From NCBI RefSeq assembly GCF_000260965.1, contig NC_017856.1:1860001-1892000 (forward strand): a stretch of 32,000 bases of DNA, in the 5' to 3' direction. Source of the stretch: Methylophaga frappieri (lineage in GTDB: Bacteria; Pseudomonadota; Gammaproteobacteria; Nitrosococcales; Methylophagaceae). The translations under genes and the position numbers were made by a program. The notes under the pieces are model-generated. The model had not been told where the DNA came from. It worked only from the letters and a program-made list of their open reading frames with translations, and made no database searches. Shown one piece after another: positions 9,699-19,428 of this stretch (position 1 is its first letter; every line of letters starts with the position of its first letter).

Positions 9699-10886
9699 TT
9701 AAGTGTTTTTTAAGGTCCACTCCAACCCGTTACGATAAATTCCGGCTGCCACATCAAGTTTATCCTGAGCGCTTAACACATCGGCCAACGCCTGATAGGT
9801 TTCACCACGCGGCCCCTGTTCCAGACTGGTACGCAGATAGGCCTCTGCTTTTGCCCACAGTTTGCCGGCAGCGGCCAAACGCCCCAAGGTCAGTAATAAA
9901 ATCGGATTTTCATCATGCTGTTTCAACCACTTTTCTGCAGTAGATAATCGTTTCAGCAAGTTACTACCCGGTATCAGACCATATTGATAAACCAGCTCAT
10001 CACTCCAGTTTTTACGCAGGTAAGACTCAATCAGCATAACGCTGACACTGTAATTACCCTGCGCCATTTGCCCCCTGACGTACGGGATCAGCAAGGCTTC
10101 TGTCTGCTTGATCTTGCCACTGGTTTGTGCCCAGATTTGTTCCATCCGGCTCCAATCTTCACGAATCAGCGCGTGATGTAACTGCCCCACTGCCGCTTCG
10201 GCGCTAAGCGCATTGATAGCTTTATTATCCAGTACATGCCTTTTTCGCAGATCTGGTAAGACATGTTGCATTGCCTGCCATTGATCAGTTTCTTGGTACA
10301 ACTGCTGCAACAGTTGCAACACATAAGGGTGTTTAGGGGCCACTTGGCGCAAATGCTGCAATGTGGCTAATGCCTGTTCTTTTTGACCGGCTGATAATTG
10401 CAACTCCGCCTGCACAACGCCAATCGCAATATCAGCACCGTTGGTCGTGTCATGTGCCAGCTTTAGATAGTCATCACGCCGCTCAGGTGCATTTTGTTTC
10501 TGTGCGGCGCGGGCTGCCGCAAGATAATGTAATAACGGGGTATCACTATTACCAGCATGGCGTAACAACATTGCTTCGGCTTCCGCCCATCGCCCTTCTT
10601 CCAACGTGATCAGGCCTTGCGTTAACGCTTTGGAAGCGCGTTTATGCTGTAGTTGCGTTTGCCAGTCCGACAGTCGGGCAGGCGCTTGCTTGATGAACAC
10701 GGTAGTGCGCATTATCAGGTAAATGACGCTAAACAGAATCAATACCATGAGCACAAACACGATCAACGAAGTTTCCAAGGTCCAGCTCCCGTATTGCAAC
10801 AGGACAAACCCAGGCTGAAAATCAGCTAACCAGACCAGCACACCACCCAAGACAAGGGCAGCAACCAGAATCAATACCAACTTCAT
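9699..10886 (-). CDS. hemY: HemY (heme biosynthesis-associated TPR membrane protein)
   Basis: The ATG at 10886 (MKLVLILVAALVLGG..) overlaps the hemX stop as ATGA. It has two N-terminal TM helices followed by TPR-like helical repeats, and it occupies the last position in the hemCDXY order. Confidence 0.85.
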   Translation of the reverse strand: MKLVLILVAALVLGGVLVWLADFQPGFVLLQYGSWTLETSLIVFVLMVLILFSVIYLIMRTTVFIKQAPARLSDWQTQLQHKRASKALTQGLITLEEGRWAEAEAMLLRHAGNSDTPLLHYLAAARAAQKQNAPERRDDYLKLAHDTTNGADIAIGVVQAELQLSAGQKEQALATLQHLRQVAPKHPYVLQLLQQLYQETDQWQAMQHVLPDLRKRHVLDNKAINALSAEAAVGQLHHALIREDWSRMEQIWAQTSGKIKQTEALLIPYVRGQMAQGNYSVSVMLIESYLRKNWSDELVYQYGLIPGSNLLKRLSTAEKWLKQHDENPILLLTLGRLAAAGKLWAKAEAYLRTSLEQGPRGETYQALADVLSAQDKLDVAAGIYRNGLEWTLKNT

Positions 10887-11914
10887 GGCTGAAATTCCTC
10901 CAACCAACGCAGCGAACCACTGATATCCGGAATCTGCACCGCAATCGATTTTGATTTCATGGTTTGCAGCGAAGCTAAAACGGCATCGCGTTGATCACCG
11001 GTAAAATACTGCGCTAACCAATCTATACTGGACTGCAAACTACTTTCAAATACATTTTGCTTCCCCGATAACAGGGCAAAACGAGCTGTTTCCAGTTGTA
11101 GACGCAGATTCTGATACAAAAAATAGCGCTGCTCCGGCATCAATACGGCAGCAGGCGCATCATCTTGCTGCCGAATCACAACGAGTGACCGAAGCTGTTG
11201 CCAAATCTCACTAGCAGCTTGACGCCAACTTGAAGCCACCTGACTATTTGCCGCTGTTTCTGCCACCGGATCCCAACCAGGTTTCGGCCCTTTCACAACC
11301 TGCAATCGATCAATACCCTGGATGACACTTTGGATATCCGCCGACATCCCGGCAATGTCCGCCTTACTAACGGCATCCAACGCCAGTTTTTCTTCGGCAA
11401 TCTGCTCTCGCAAAGGCTGCAACCGATAGTCATCCAACGTTTGTAACTTGTCATCAGCCAGTGTTAATGCCTGTCTGGCACCAGCAACATCCTTGGCCAG
11501 CATGCTGCGCTGATTGGCAAGCTGCAGAAGATAATCAATTTCGCTAAGTGTCCAGCGCAGACGAATTTCCCGATCGCTTAATCGCTCTCGCTGTTCCAAA
11601 TCACGGATTGTCGCCGCCTGTTTATCCAGCATTTGCTGTTGTTCATTCACCTGCTGCTGCAGTTTTTTGTGGGCGCTGGTCGCCGCCGCAACCTGATTTG
11701 GCAGCGGCACTAACGGCGACAGTTGGTCATTTTGCGTGATCAGCAATTGCTGTTGTTGCCAAATCAGCCAAATTGCCACCAATCCCGGCACAGTAAGCAC
11801 GAAAACCAGCCACCATAACGGGTTGCGCAGCGTTTGCTGCCAACGCGTATTTTTCGCTGATTTGTCGATTTCTGGGTTTTCAGTTGGCTCAGTGGACGAG
11901 GTGTTGTTGTCCAT
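10883..11914 (-). CDS. hemX: HemX (uroporphyrinogen-III C-methyltransferase-like membrane protein)
   Basis: The ATG at 11914 has AGGAG 7 nt upstream, whereas the ORF-track start at 11932 is TTG. It has a single TM (LWWLVFVLTVPGLVAIWLIW) and a Q-rich coiled coil. The start overlaps the hemD 3' end by 26 nt. Confidence 0.8.
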   Translation of the reverse strand: MDNNTSSTEPTENPEIDKSAKNTRWQQTLRNPLWWLVFVLTVPGLVAIWLIWQQQQLLITQNDQLSPLVPLPNQVAAATSAHKKLQQQVNEQQQMLDKQAATIRDLEQRERLSDREIRLRWTLSEIDYLLQLANQRSMLAKDVAGARQALTLADDKLQTLDDYRLQPLREQIAEEKLALDAVSKADIAGMSADIQSVIQGIDRLQVVKGPKPGWDPVAETAANSQVASSWRQAASEIWQQLRSLVVIRQQDDAPAAVLMPEQRYFLYQNLRLQLETARFALLSGKQNVFESSLQSSIDWLAQYFTGDQRDAVLASLQTMKSKSIAVQIPDISGSLRWLEEFQP

Positions 11915-12644
11915 GCTTGGCTCCTGTCTCAATCAGTTTCTGCATGATAGCGGTGTCACTGGCATTATGGGTAACCAACACCTGGCTAAATCCCTTGGCC
12001 AGTGCCACATGCTTAATGCGCTCGCTAAGCACAATTAGCGGTTTGTTGAATAACGCCTTATTGGTAAATAATTGCACCAGATGGTCGACACTTTGCACAC
12101 TGGTTGCCAGCAACATGTCACATTGACCCGCATCGGCAATGTCTTGCTCCAGAATACGCGGCAATTGACGTTTGTAAACTTCAATATACCGTACTGTGGC
12201 ACCTCGCGCGTGAAGCGTATCGGCCAGTAATGGCCGCCCTCCCTGACCTCGAATAATAACTATTTTTTGTCCTGCCACATCCTGCAGTGCTGAAACAGAA
12301 AGTAAGCCTTCACTTCCACCAGGCTGTTCAGGGCATAATACGGTGTCAACGCCTTGTGTTGCCAATGCCTGTGCCGTGCCATTACCCACGGCGGCGTACT
12401 TGATCCGGGCAGGCAGTTTTTTCTGCAGACCAGTAAAAAAGAGATTCACGGCATTGCGACTGACAAAAATCAGCCAGTCTATTTTTCGCCAATCAATCTC
12501 CGGCCATTTATTCGCGGCAATCGGCTCAATATCAATCAGTGGTAATAAGACTGGCTCGCCACCGGCATCACGCACTGACCTCGCCAATTCCACTGCTTGT
12601 GAAATGGGTCGCGTTACCAGAATACGGAGCCCTGATAACGGCAT
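11889..12644 (-). CDS. hemD: uroporphyrinogen-III synthase
   Basis: It lies between hemC and hemX. My preferred start is the ATG at 12644 (MPLSGLRILVTRP..), 1 nt after the hemC TGA (TGAaATG). An alternative ATG at 12656 and the ORF-track start at 12692 would both overlap hemC. Confidence 0.85.
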   Translation of the reverse strand: MPLSGLRILVTRPISQAVELARSVRDAGGEPVLLPLIDIEPIAANKWPEIDWRKIDWLIFVSRNAVNLFFTGLQKKLPARIKYAAVGNGTAQALATQGVDTVLCPEQPGGSEGLLSVSALQDVAGQKIVIIRGQGGRPLLADTLHARGATVRYIEVYKRQLPRILEQDIADAGQCDMLLATSVQSVDHLVQLFTNKALFNKPLIVLSERIKHVALAKGFSQVLVTHNASDTAIMQKLIETGAKHGQQHLVH

Positions 12645-12645
12645 T

Positions 12646-13575
12646 TCAGCGGTCATAAACATCCGACAAAATGGCGTCAGCACCTTGCGCAAGCAAACTA
12701 TCCGCCAACGTTAAGCCCAACGCTTCAGCTTGGTCCGCGGCACCTTGAATATCATCAAACAACATTTCTGAACCATCAGGTCGGCCAACCAGACCTCGCA
12801 ACCAGATTTGTCCATCCTCCAATACGGCATATCCGCCGATGGGCACTTGACACCCCCCTTGCAAACGACGATTCAAGGCTCGCTCTGCTTTGACCGTAAT
12901 GGTCGTATCTGGGCAGGCCAAAGGCGCAATTAATGCGTTTAGTTCGGCATCATCGATGCGGGTCTCAATACCCAATGCACCCTGACCAATTGCCGGCAAA
13001 CTTTGTTCTGCCGTTAAGGCACAGCGAATACGATCATGAAACTCGAGTCGTTCCAGACCGGCTTTGGCTAAAACGATGGCATCAAACTCACCGGCATCCA
13101 GTTTTGCCAAACGGGTATTAACATTGCCGCGCAACGGTTTAATCTGCAGATCTGGCCGATAATGTCGCAACTGACATTCACGGCGCAGGCTTGATGTTCC
13201 CACGACCGCGCCTTCAGGCAGATCATCGACATTGGCATAATGATTCGAAACAAACGCATCAAAAGGGTCATGCCGAGCACAAATCACAGGTAAATGCAGC
13301 CCATCCGGAAAAGCGACTGGCACATCTTTCATGGAATGGACCGCAATATCTGCCTCGCCTTCTTGCATGGCCACTTCAAGCTCCTTGACAAATAAGCCTT
13401 TGCCGCCCACTTTTGCCAATGGCGTATCCAGAATTTTGTCGCCTTTTGTTTTGATTTTAACTAACTCAATAGTCAGATGCGGGTGCATGGCTAACAGCGC
13501 ATCACGGACAAACTCCGCCTGCCAGACGGCTAGCGGACTACGACGCGTCGCGATACGCACCAAGGCGTCTTTCAT
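12646..13575 (-). CDS. hemC: hydroxymethylbilane synthase (porphobilinogen deaminase)
   Basis: 309-aa ORF. It has the N-terminal [18 protein letters not shown] and the cofactor-cysteine region [13 protein letters not shown]. Confidence 0.95.
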   Translation of the reverse strand: MKDALVRIATRRSPLAVWQAEFVRDALLAMHPHLTIELVKIKTKGDKILDTPLAKVGGKGLFVKELEVAMQEGEADIAVHSMKDVPVAFPDGLHLPVICARHDPFDAFVSNHYANVDDLPEGAVVGTSSLRRECQLRHYRPDLQIKPLRGNVNTRLAKLDAGEFDAIVLAKAGLERLEFHDRIRCALTAEQSLPAIGQGALGIETRIDDAELNALIAPLACPDTTITVKAERALNRRLQGGCQVPIGGYAVLEDGQIWLRGLVGRPDGSEMLFDDIQGAADQAEALGLTLADSLLAQGADAILSDVYDR

Positions 13576-13653
13576 AGAAATGCATCCTGTCTTAATTGAA
13601 CAAACAAAAGCATTATTCTAGCATTTACGGCTGCCCTGCCACGATAGCCGCGT

Positions 13654-13659
13654 TATAAT
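13654..13659 (+). promoter_or_regulatory. consensus -10 hexamer (TATAAT) upstream of argH; no good -35
   Basis: gcgtTATAATgtg lies 35 nt upstream of the argH ATG, in the 118-nt hemC/argH divergent spacer. Confidence 0.3.
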
Positions 13660-13693
13660 GTGCGCACTTTTTGCCCGACGCACAGGCCTGTTT

Positions 13694-15094
13694 ATGTCTG
13701 CATCTGAAAAAAAACTCTCTTCTGCCCGTCTCAGTCAACCAACCAACGCGTTTGTTGAAGAATTTACTGCATCGGTTCAGTTTGACCAGCGGCTCTTCCG
13801 ACAAGATATCCAAGGCTCGATTGCCCACGCCACCATGCTGTCACAAGTTGGCGTGCTGACCGACGCGGAACGTCAGGCGATTATTAAGGGCTTAACACAA
13901 ATCGAAACCGAAATTGACGCCGGTGAGTTTAATTGGTCGATAGCGCAAGAAGATGTGCACATGAACATCGAAGCGCGTCTCATTCAGCTTATCGGCGAAA
14001 CCGGTAAAAAACTCCACACTGGTCGCTCCCGAAATGATCAGGTTGCCACCGATGTGCGTTTATATCTGCGAGATATGATTCAGCCTATCCGGCGTGAATT
14101 ACTCAGACTGCAATCCGCTTTACTGGATGTTGCGGAACGTGAAGCAGAAACCATTTTACCTGGGTTTACTCACTTACAAACTGCCCAGCCGGTGACCTTT
14201 GGTCACCATCTATTGGCATGGTACGAAATGCTGGCACGAGACGCTGAACGGCTGGATGATTGCAAAAAACGTCTAAACAGTTTGCCATTAGGGGCGGCCG
14301 CTTTGGCCGGCACAACCTTTCCGATTGACCGTGAACTAACCGCGTCATTGCTCGGCTTTGATCGCATTTGCCGGAACTCACTGGATGCCGTCAGCGACCG
14401 CGATTTTGCCATTGAGTTTAATAGCGTCGCCGCCATGCTGATGATGCATTTATCGCGATTCTCCGAAGAGCTGATTATCTGGTCATCCGCGCAGTTCGAC
14501 TTTGTTGATTTGGGCGATGCATTTTGTACCGGCTCATCGATCATGCCGCAAAAGAAAAATCCGGATGTGCCTGAGCTGATTCGCGGTAAAACCAGTCGCG
14601 TCTATGGCAACCTGTTTAACTTGCTAACCTTGATGAAAAATCAGCCGCTGGCTTATAACAAGGATAATCAGGAAGACAAAGAACCCTTGTTTGATACCAT
14701 TGATACCTTGCTTGGTTCACTGCGTGTCTATGCCGACATGATGGCCGGCATCACCGTCAATGCAGACAATATGCGAAATGCCGCCCTCAAAGGCTATGCT
14801 ACCGCAACCGACCTGGCAGATTATCTGGTTCGACGTGGCGTGCCCTTTCGGGATGCCCATGAAGTGGTCGGTTTATCCGTGGCCTATGGTATCAAGCAGA
14901 AAAAAGATTTGTCTGAGCTCAGCCTGGCAGAGCTACAACAATTCAGCCCGCACATTGATAACGATGTGTTTGATGTGCTGACGCTCGAAGGCTCTGTTGC
15001 CGCCAGAGATCATATTGGCGGCACTGCACCACAGCGGGTTCGGCAGGCAATCGGTCAGGCGCGCCAGGAACTTGCAAATCTATCCAAAGATTAA
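13694..15094 (+). CDS. argH: argininosuccinate lyase
   Basis: Starting at the ATG at 13694 gives 466 aa ([31 protein letters not shown]..). The fumarate-lyase signature [12 protein letters not shown] is present. The ORF-track start at 13658 adds 12 unlikely residues. Confidence 0.95.
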   Translation: MSASEKKLSSARLSQPTNAFVEEFTASVQFDQRLFRQDIQGSIAHATMLSQVGVLTDAERQAIIKGLTQIETEIDAGEFNWSIAQEDVHMNIEARLIQLIGETGKKLHTGRSRNDQVATDVRLYLRDMIQPIRRELLRLQSALLDVAEREAETILPGFTHLQTAQPVTFGHHLLAWYEMLARDAERLDDCKKRLNSLPLGAAALAGTTFPIDRELTASLLGFDRICRNSLDAVSDRDFAIEFNSVAAMLMMHLSRFSEELIIWSSAQFDFVDLGDAFCTGSSIMPQKKNPDVPELIRGKTSRVYGNLFNLLTLMKNQPLAYNKDNQEDKEPLFDTIDTLLGSLRVYADMMAGITVNADNMRNAALKGYATATDLADYLVRRGVPFRDAHEVVGLSVAYGIKQKKDLSELSLAELQQFSPHIDNDVFDVLTLEGSVAARDHIGGTAPQRVRQAIGQARQELANLSKD

Positions 15095-15146
15095 TGCCAA
15101 CATTAAGCATCTGATCGCCGATTTGTTCACGGTTCAATCAACAAAA

Positions 15147-15176
15147 AAGCGAGCCAATCAACTGACTGGCTCGCTT
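15147..15176. terminator. intrinsic terminator between convergent argH and the TonB-dependent receptor gene
   Basis: AAGCGAGCCAatcaactgacTGGCTCGCTT has a 10-bp stem. The T-run is strong on the minus strand (it reads ..gctcgcttttttgttg) and weaker on the plus strand. Confidence 0.65.
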
Positions 15177-15212
15177 CTTATAATGTAAACCGTCTTTACG
15201 GAAGCTATCCGT

Positions 15213-17447
15213 TTAGAAATCCAATGTTGCTGATAGGGTGAGGGTTCGAGGCGTGCCCAACACCAGATAGCCATTGTTTTCAAAACCACCGGCCGAAGCC
15301 CAGTAATCGCGATCAAACAGATTGTGTACACGAGCACGTAAGGTCAGCACTTTGCCATTGACCTCAGCTAAATAGCGTGCACCGACATCCAAACGGGTCC
15401 AACTCGACAGTTCCAGTTGGTTTGCCGCATCCGCATAACGCGATCCGGTATAAACAACCCGGCCATCCAATGCCAACCCTTGCAGGAACGGTACTTCCCA
15501 CTCCGCGCCGATATTGGCTTGCCACTCAGGAACACCAATAACATCGTTGCCATCCAGCTGCGGATTACCAGTGTCACGTTGTTCTGCATCCAACCAGGTC
15601 ACCCCGCCCAGTAATTTAATGGTATCGGTCAACATACCAAAACTGGTGAGCTCAACCCCTTGATGACGATCTTCCCCCGAAGTAGTAAAGACCGGCGCTG
15701 CAGGATTGCTGACATCGGTATAAGAGCGGGGTTTATCTGTCGTGAAAAAGCTCAGATTGCCGCCCAACTCGCCGCCATCAAAACGGATACCGACTTCTTT
15801 TTGTACCGCCACATAAGGGCTTTGTTGCTGCCCGCCATTGGTAAGGCTGACGGCACTGCCATTAATTGTCGTTGTTTGTGGCGCCGTATCACCTTGGCGC
15901 AGGTTTTCAATGTAATTACCATACACAGACCAGCTTGGCGTCAGATTCAACACCACCCCGGCAACCGGCGTATTCTCAGTTTCTTTATAGCGGGTTTCGG
16001 TGAACGTATTGTAGGCAAAATTGGTGCTTTCAATCGTTTGCCGGCGGATGCCTACGGTAATTTTCAAGTTGTCATCAAATAGTGACAAGGTGTCACCGAT
16101 CGCATAACTTTCTAATTCTGTCCGCTGGTTCAATGCCGGCGAACGCAGATCATTACCGATGAAACTGGCGCTACTGAAATCCGGCCGAGCATAATATTGC
16201 GGGTTGTAGAGGTTCGTCAGTAACACATTATTGCCATCAAATCCGGCAAAGGCATTTTTGGTTTCCCGCTCAAAGAAAGACGCCGAAATCACCCAGTCAT
16301 GGCCGATTGCACCGGTTTCAAATGAACCGCGCAAGCCAAGCTCACCGGTATCGATATCATCTTCGCGGGTATTATCAAAACGTTGTGCCCGTGCTGCACC
16401 CGTATTGGAGTTTGTGACCGTGATATTGGCCAGCGAGTTTGCCTCATCAGTACGGCGCATACCATAGGCCGCCCAACCGGTAATGCTGTCAGTGAAATCA
16501 TACTCGCCACGCAAGGTACCAAAAACATCATCCTCATCAGAGTAAGTCCAGGGTTGCGCCCAGTTACTGTCTGAGTCTGGCGCAGATGGAATCGCTGTTA
16601 CCCCCGGACCGGACAAGGTGACATTAGTGCGGGTTTCATCAAGCTGGTTATCCTGCCAGCCAATATCCGCCGACAACCGTGCCCGATCACCACGCCAATC
16701 CAGCCCGACTGAAAACAGGCCTAGCTCTGTTTTTTCATCATCAACCGCCGTACTGCCATCGCGATAGGCTGCGTTTACGCGTACCCCAAACTGTTTTTGT
16801 TCACCAAAACGGCGGGCAATATCGGCCGACGCATAACCTTGTTCAAAGTGATCGGTGCCAACGGTAATGCGGTTCAAGTCTTCATTTGGCGCCCGTTTTG
16901 GCACAAGATTAATGCTACCGCCAATCCCACCACCACTCGGTGACGCCCCCATCAAAAAGGCTGATGCGCCGCGCAGCACCTCGACCCGTTCAAACAGTTC
17001 AGTCGCAATATATTGGCGCGGTAATAACGAATACAGGCCGTTATAGGCAATATCGTCTGATCCCAAAATAAAACCGCGAATAAAGAAGGATTCCTGAAAA
17101 TTCCCAAAACCGCGCGCCACCCGGACGCCCGGATCATTTTGTAAAACATCCCCAACGCCACGTGCCTGGCGATCCTGAATCAACTCATTGGTATAACTGG
17201 TAATGCTAAAAGGCGAATCCATGTAATCCAGATTACCCAAAATACCGGCTCGACCGGCCGTCGCTACCTGACCACCCGGATAGGCTTCTGCCAACCCTTC
17301 AGCTGAAGCATCGGCACTGGCTGTCACCGTCATGGTTTCCAATGTTTTACCCGAATCTGACGGGGTTGATTCGGCGGCAAAACTGATACTGGTAACGCCT
17401 GCCAAGGCGAGATTAACGAATAATGAAATCGCGGTTTTCCGGGACAT
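15213..17447 (-). CDS. TonB-dependent siderophore receptor
   Basis: 744-aa ORF. It has a signal peptide (..SISFA/AE), a TonB-box-like ETMTVTA, a plug domain, and a long beta-barrel ending in a terminal aromatic residue (..TLSATLDF). Confidence 0.9.
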   Translation of the reverse strand: MSRKTAISLFVNLALAGVTSISFAAESTPSDSGKTLETMTVTASADASAEGLAEAYPGGQVATAGRAGILGNLDYMDSPFSITSYTNELIQDRQARGVGDVLQNDPGVRVARGFGNFQESFFIRGFILGSDDIAYNGLYSLLPRQYIATELFERVEVLRGASAFLMGASPSGGGIGGSINLVPKRAPNEDLNRITVGTDHFEQGYASADIARRFGEQKQFGVRVNAAYRDGSTAVDDEKTELGLFSVGLDWRGDRARLSADIGWQDNQLDETRTNVTLSGPGVTAIPSAPDSDSNWAQPWTYSDEDDVFGTLRGEYDFTDSITGWAAYGMRRTDEANSLANITVTNSNTGAARAQRFDNTREDDIDTGELGLRGSFETGAIGHDWVISASFFERETKNAFAGFDGNNVLLTNLYNPQYYARPDFSSASFIGNDLRSPALNQRTELESYAIGDTLSLFDDNLKITVGIRRQTIESTNFAYNTFTETRYKETENTPVAGVVLNLTPSWSVYGNYIENLRQGDTAPQTTTINGSAVSLTNGGQQQSPYVAVQKEVGIRFDGGELGGNLSFFTTDKPRSYTDVSNPAAPVFTTSGEDRHQGVELTSFGMLTDTIKLLGGVTWLDAEQRDTGNPQLDGNDVIGVPEWQANIGAEWEVPFLQGLALDGRVVYTGSRYADAANQLELSSWTRLDVGARYLAEVNGKVLTLRARVHNLFDRDYWASAGGFENNGYLVLGTPRTLTLSATLDF

Positions 17448-17508
17448 TTAAAGATTCCTGAAAGAAAAGTATGGAGACAGTTTAAACGTGCACAACTTAA
17501 AAATAAAT

Positions 17509-17527
17509 AATAATGATTACTATTTAC
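17509..17527. promoter_or_regulatory. Fur box candidate upstream of the TonB-dependent receptor
   Basis: AATAATGATTACTATTTAC matches 13/19 to GATAATGATAATCATTATC. It lies 62-80 nt upstream of the ATG at 17447, in an AT-rich promoter region. Confidence 0.55.
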
Positions 17528-17706
17528 GATAAAAAGAGACGGCTGTTGTATAAAAACAACATACAATATTCAGAAAACCGGTTTCGCCACGCAAGTCAAA
17601 GCGTGTCTTGATCAAAAGCCATACTTCTCGATTAACGCTACGCTGAGGCACAAGACAGCAAACTCGGCCAAGCCAATACCTCAAGTACACCGTCTGTGCC
17701 TGATAT

Positions 17707-18363
17707 TTAGCTATCTAACCAGTAACGCAAAAGATTATTTCGAACCTTCGATAAGCGGTCGTACTGCTCGGTTTTGCCATTGGCATCAAATTCGCCTCGC
17801 AGACTTAACTCAAGATCAAACAACATTTCACGCTGTATCGGGTCCCGTATCCGACTGGTCAACCAGCCAACAATAACCAGACGCTCGCCGTCAGTCACCG
17901 GATTGACACGATGCAGGTAAGTGGATGGATACAGTACTAACTCTCCTGCTGGCAATTTCCAGGCGCGATCGCCACTGTGATCAGCCAACACCAGCTCACC
18001 ACCTTGATAATCGGTACTGTCGGACAAAAACAAGGTAAAGGAAATATCGGTACGTTGATTATCTATCACCGCTTCATCAACGTGATTGCCATAATACATG
18101 CCGCTTTGATAACGACTGAGCATAAGACGAACAAACTTTGCTGGTCGAGTCGCTTGCAGAAATAAATCATTTTTCAGAAGCCGCTGCTCTACCATCGAGA
18201 GCATCCCTTTTGTCGCCACACTATCTGCTTGCTGGTTCTGTTTAACCTGTTTGGCAGCACGGCCAGCGGTATGCTCACCGTGGTAAAAGTCAGTTTCCCT
18301 AGCGACCTCTTGAATGACGTCTAAATCCGTCGGACTAAAACACGATGACAACTGTAAAATCAT
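17707..18363 (-). CDS. piuC: Fe(II)/2-oxoglutarate-dependent hydroxylase, PiuC/YbiX (PKHD-type) family
   Basis: It is collinear by eye with E. coli YbiX: MILQLSSCFSPTDL versus MMYHIPGVLSPQDV, the HVD metal motif in YYGNHVDEAV, and the distal His in LYPSTYLHRVNPV. I prefer the ATG at 18363 (218 aa) over 18381. Adjacency to a TonB receptor matches the piuA/piuC arrangement. Confidence 0.85.
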   Translation of the reverse strand: MILQLSSCFSPTDLDVIQEVARETDFYHGEHTAGRAAKQVKQNQQADSVATKGMLSMVEQRLLKNDLFLQATRPAKFVRLMLSRYQSGMYYGNHVDEAVIDNQRTDISFTLFLSDSTDYQGGELVLADHSGDRAWKLPAGELVLYPSTYLHRVNPVTDGERLVIVGWLTSRIRDPIQREMLFDLELSLRGEFDANGKTEQYDRLSKVRNNLLRYWLDS

Positions 18364-18386
18364 ATTGAGAACGTTTCTCATTTATG

Positions 18387-18412
18387 GCAATGTGAGATCA
18401 TTATAAATCACA
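18387..18412. promoter_or_regulatory. operator-like element in the 65-nt piuC / secreted-protein divergent spacer
   Basis: The sequence is gcaaTGTGAgatcattataaaTCACA, with 5-bp inverted arms separated by 12 nt. The right half, GATCATTAT, matches a Fur half-site 8/9, but the full Fur match is only 10/19. A minus-strand TATAAT (18400-18405) sits inside it, about 37 nt upstream of the piuC ATG. Confidence 0.35.
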
Positions 18413-18428
18413 ACTAAAGGGCAACACG

Positions 18429-19241
18429 ATGCAAGAAAACCGAAAAAAATGGATCAGCTTGGGCGTGGCACTGGCCAGCGGCGTCAGCACCAGCGCCTTG
18501 GCAGCTGATTTTGTTGATCACAACCATACGCACAGCAATATCGTTCTTGCCGCAGCCGGTGAGGGCGAAGGAGAAGGTGAGGGTGAAGGCGCGGGTGTCA
18601 CCGTCATTGACCTTAAAGTGAATGATGTTGCTTACCTCACCCGACTTGGCCTGATTCGAGGTCACTTGTTAGTTGGCTATCAGCTTTATAGCGAAGGCAA
18701 GACCGAAATGGCGATTACCCACATGAAACATCCGCGGGATGAACTCTACACTGGGTTGGTGCCAGCTATTGAGCATCGCGGCGGCGAACGCTTTGATGCT
18801 GCCCTGACAAAGCTGGCTGACAGTATCACAAATAAAGCTTCACAAGAAGCGGTCACCGCAGCTTATCAAGATCTGGAAAAAGGCATCAAAGCCGCTGAAT
18901 CTGTGGTGGATATCGATCTCAAAACCAGTCTGCAAAGCATTAAAGAATTGGTTCGCACCGCAGCCGATGAATACGCGATAGGCGTTGAGGAGGGCAAATT
19001 GGTCAATGTACATGAATATCAGGATGCTTATGGCTTTGTCGAACTGGCCAAACGCCGCCTTGACGAATTACCAGAAGGACTGCGTCAACAATCTGCTGAC
19101 AGCTTCGACAAGGTCAATGGGTACCTGAACGGCGTATCAGACATGTGGCCGGGCATTGCTCCCGAAGGCGACGTTGACGGAGATGCCTCACGGCTATACG
19201 GCGCCGCAGCACGTATCGAAATCGAAGCGTTAAATTATTAG
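18429..19241 (+). CDS. uncharacterised secreted protein (His-rich N-terminus, (GE)5 linker, helical remainder)
   Basis: 270-aa ORF with an AAGGG SD. The signal peptide is ..GVSTSALA/ADF. The mature N-terminus is DHNHTHSN, followed by GEGEGEGEGEG, and the rest looks all-helical. I recognise no family. Confidence 0.7.
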   Translation: MQENRKKWISLGVALASGVSTSALAADFVDHNHTHSNIVLAAAGEGEGEGEGEGAGVTVIDLKVNDVAYLTRLGLIRGHLLVGYQLYSEGKTEMAITHMKHPRDELYTGLVPAIEHRGGERFDAALTKLADSITNKASQEAVTAAYQDLEKGIKAAESVVDIDLKTSLQSIKELVRTAADEYAIGVEEGKLVNVHEYQDAYGFVELAKRRLDELPEGLRQQSADSFDKVNGYLNGVSDMWPGIAPEGDVDGDASRLYGAAARIEIEALNY

Positions 19242-19308
19242 GGCCCGCTTATCTCTCATAGCCGCTAGGAGTGGTGGCGATGAAAGATAAACAGGCGCTA
19301 GATCAAAA

Positions 19309-19333
19309 GCCGGGCTGAGTGACTCAGCCCGGC
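19309..19333 (+). terminator. GC-rich hairpin downstream of the secreted-protein gene (possible terminator, no T-run)
   Basis: GCCGGGCTGAgtgacTCAGCCCGGC has a 10-bp perfect stem. It is followed by actggcttt rather than a U-tract. Confidence 0.4.
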
Positions 19334-19428
19334 ACTGGCTTTGGCTAAATCCCCCCTTCCCTGTGCCGCAATAACCAAAATGCTCTCCCCCCTTTTGTTA
19401 TTTTTTGGCACTACCTGAAACACAAGAC

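Noticed and set aside
18387-18412. CRP site in the piuC divergent spacer
   Set aside because: TGTGA and TCACA are 12 nt apart rather than 6. With N6 spacing the right half would be TATAA. I kept it only as a generic operator-like element.
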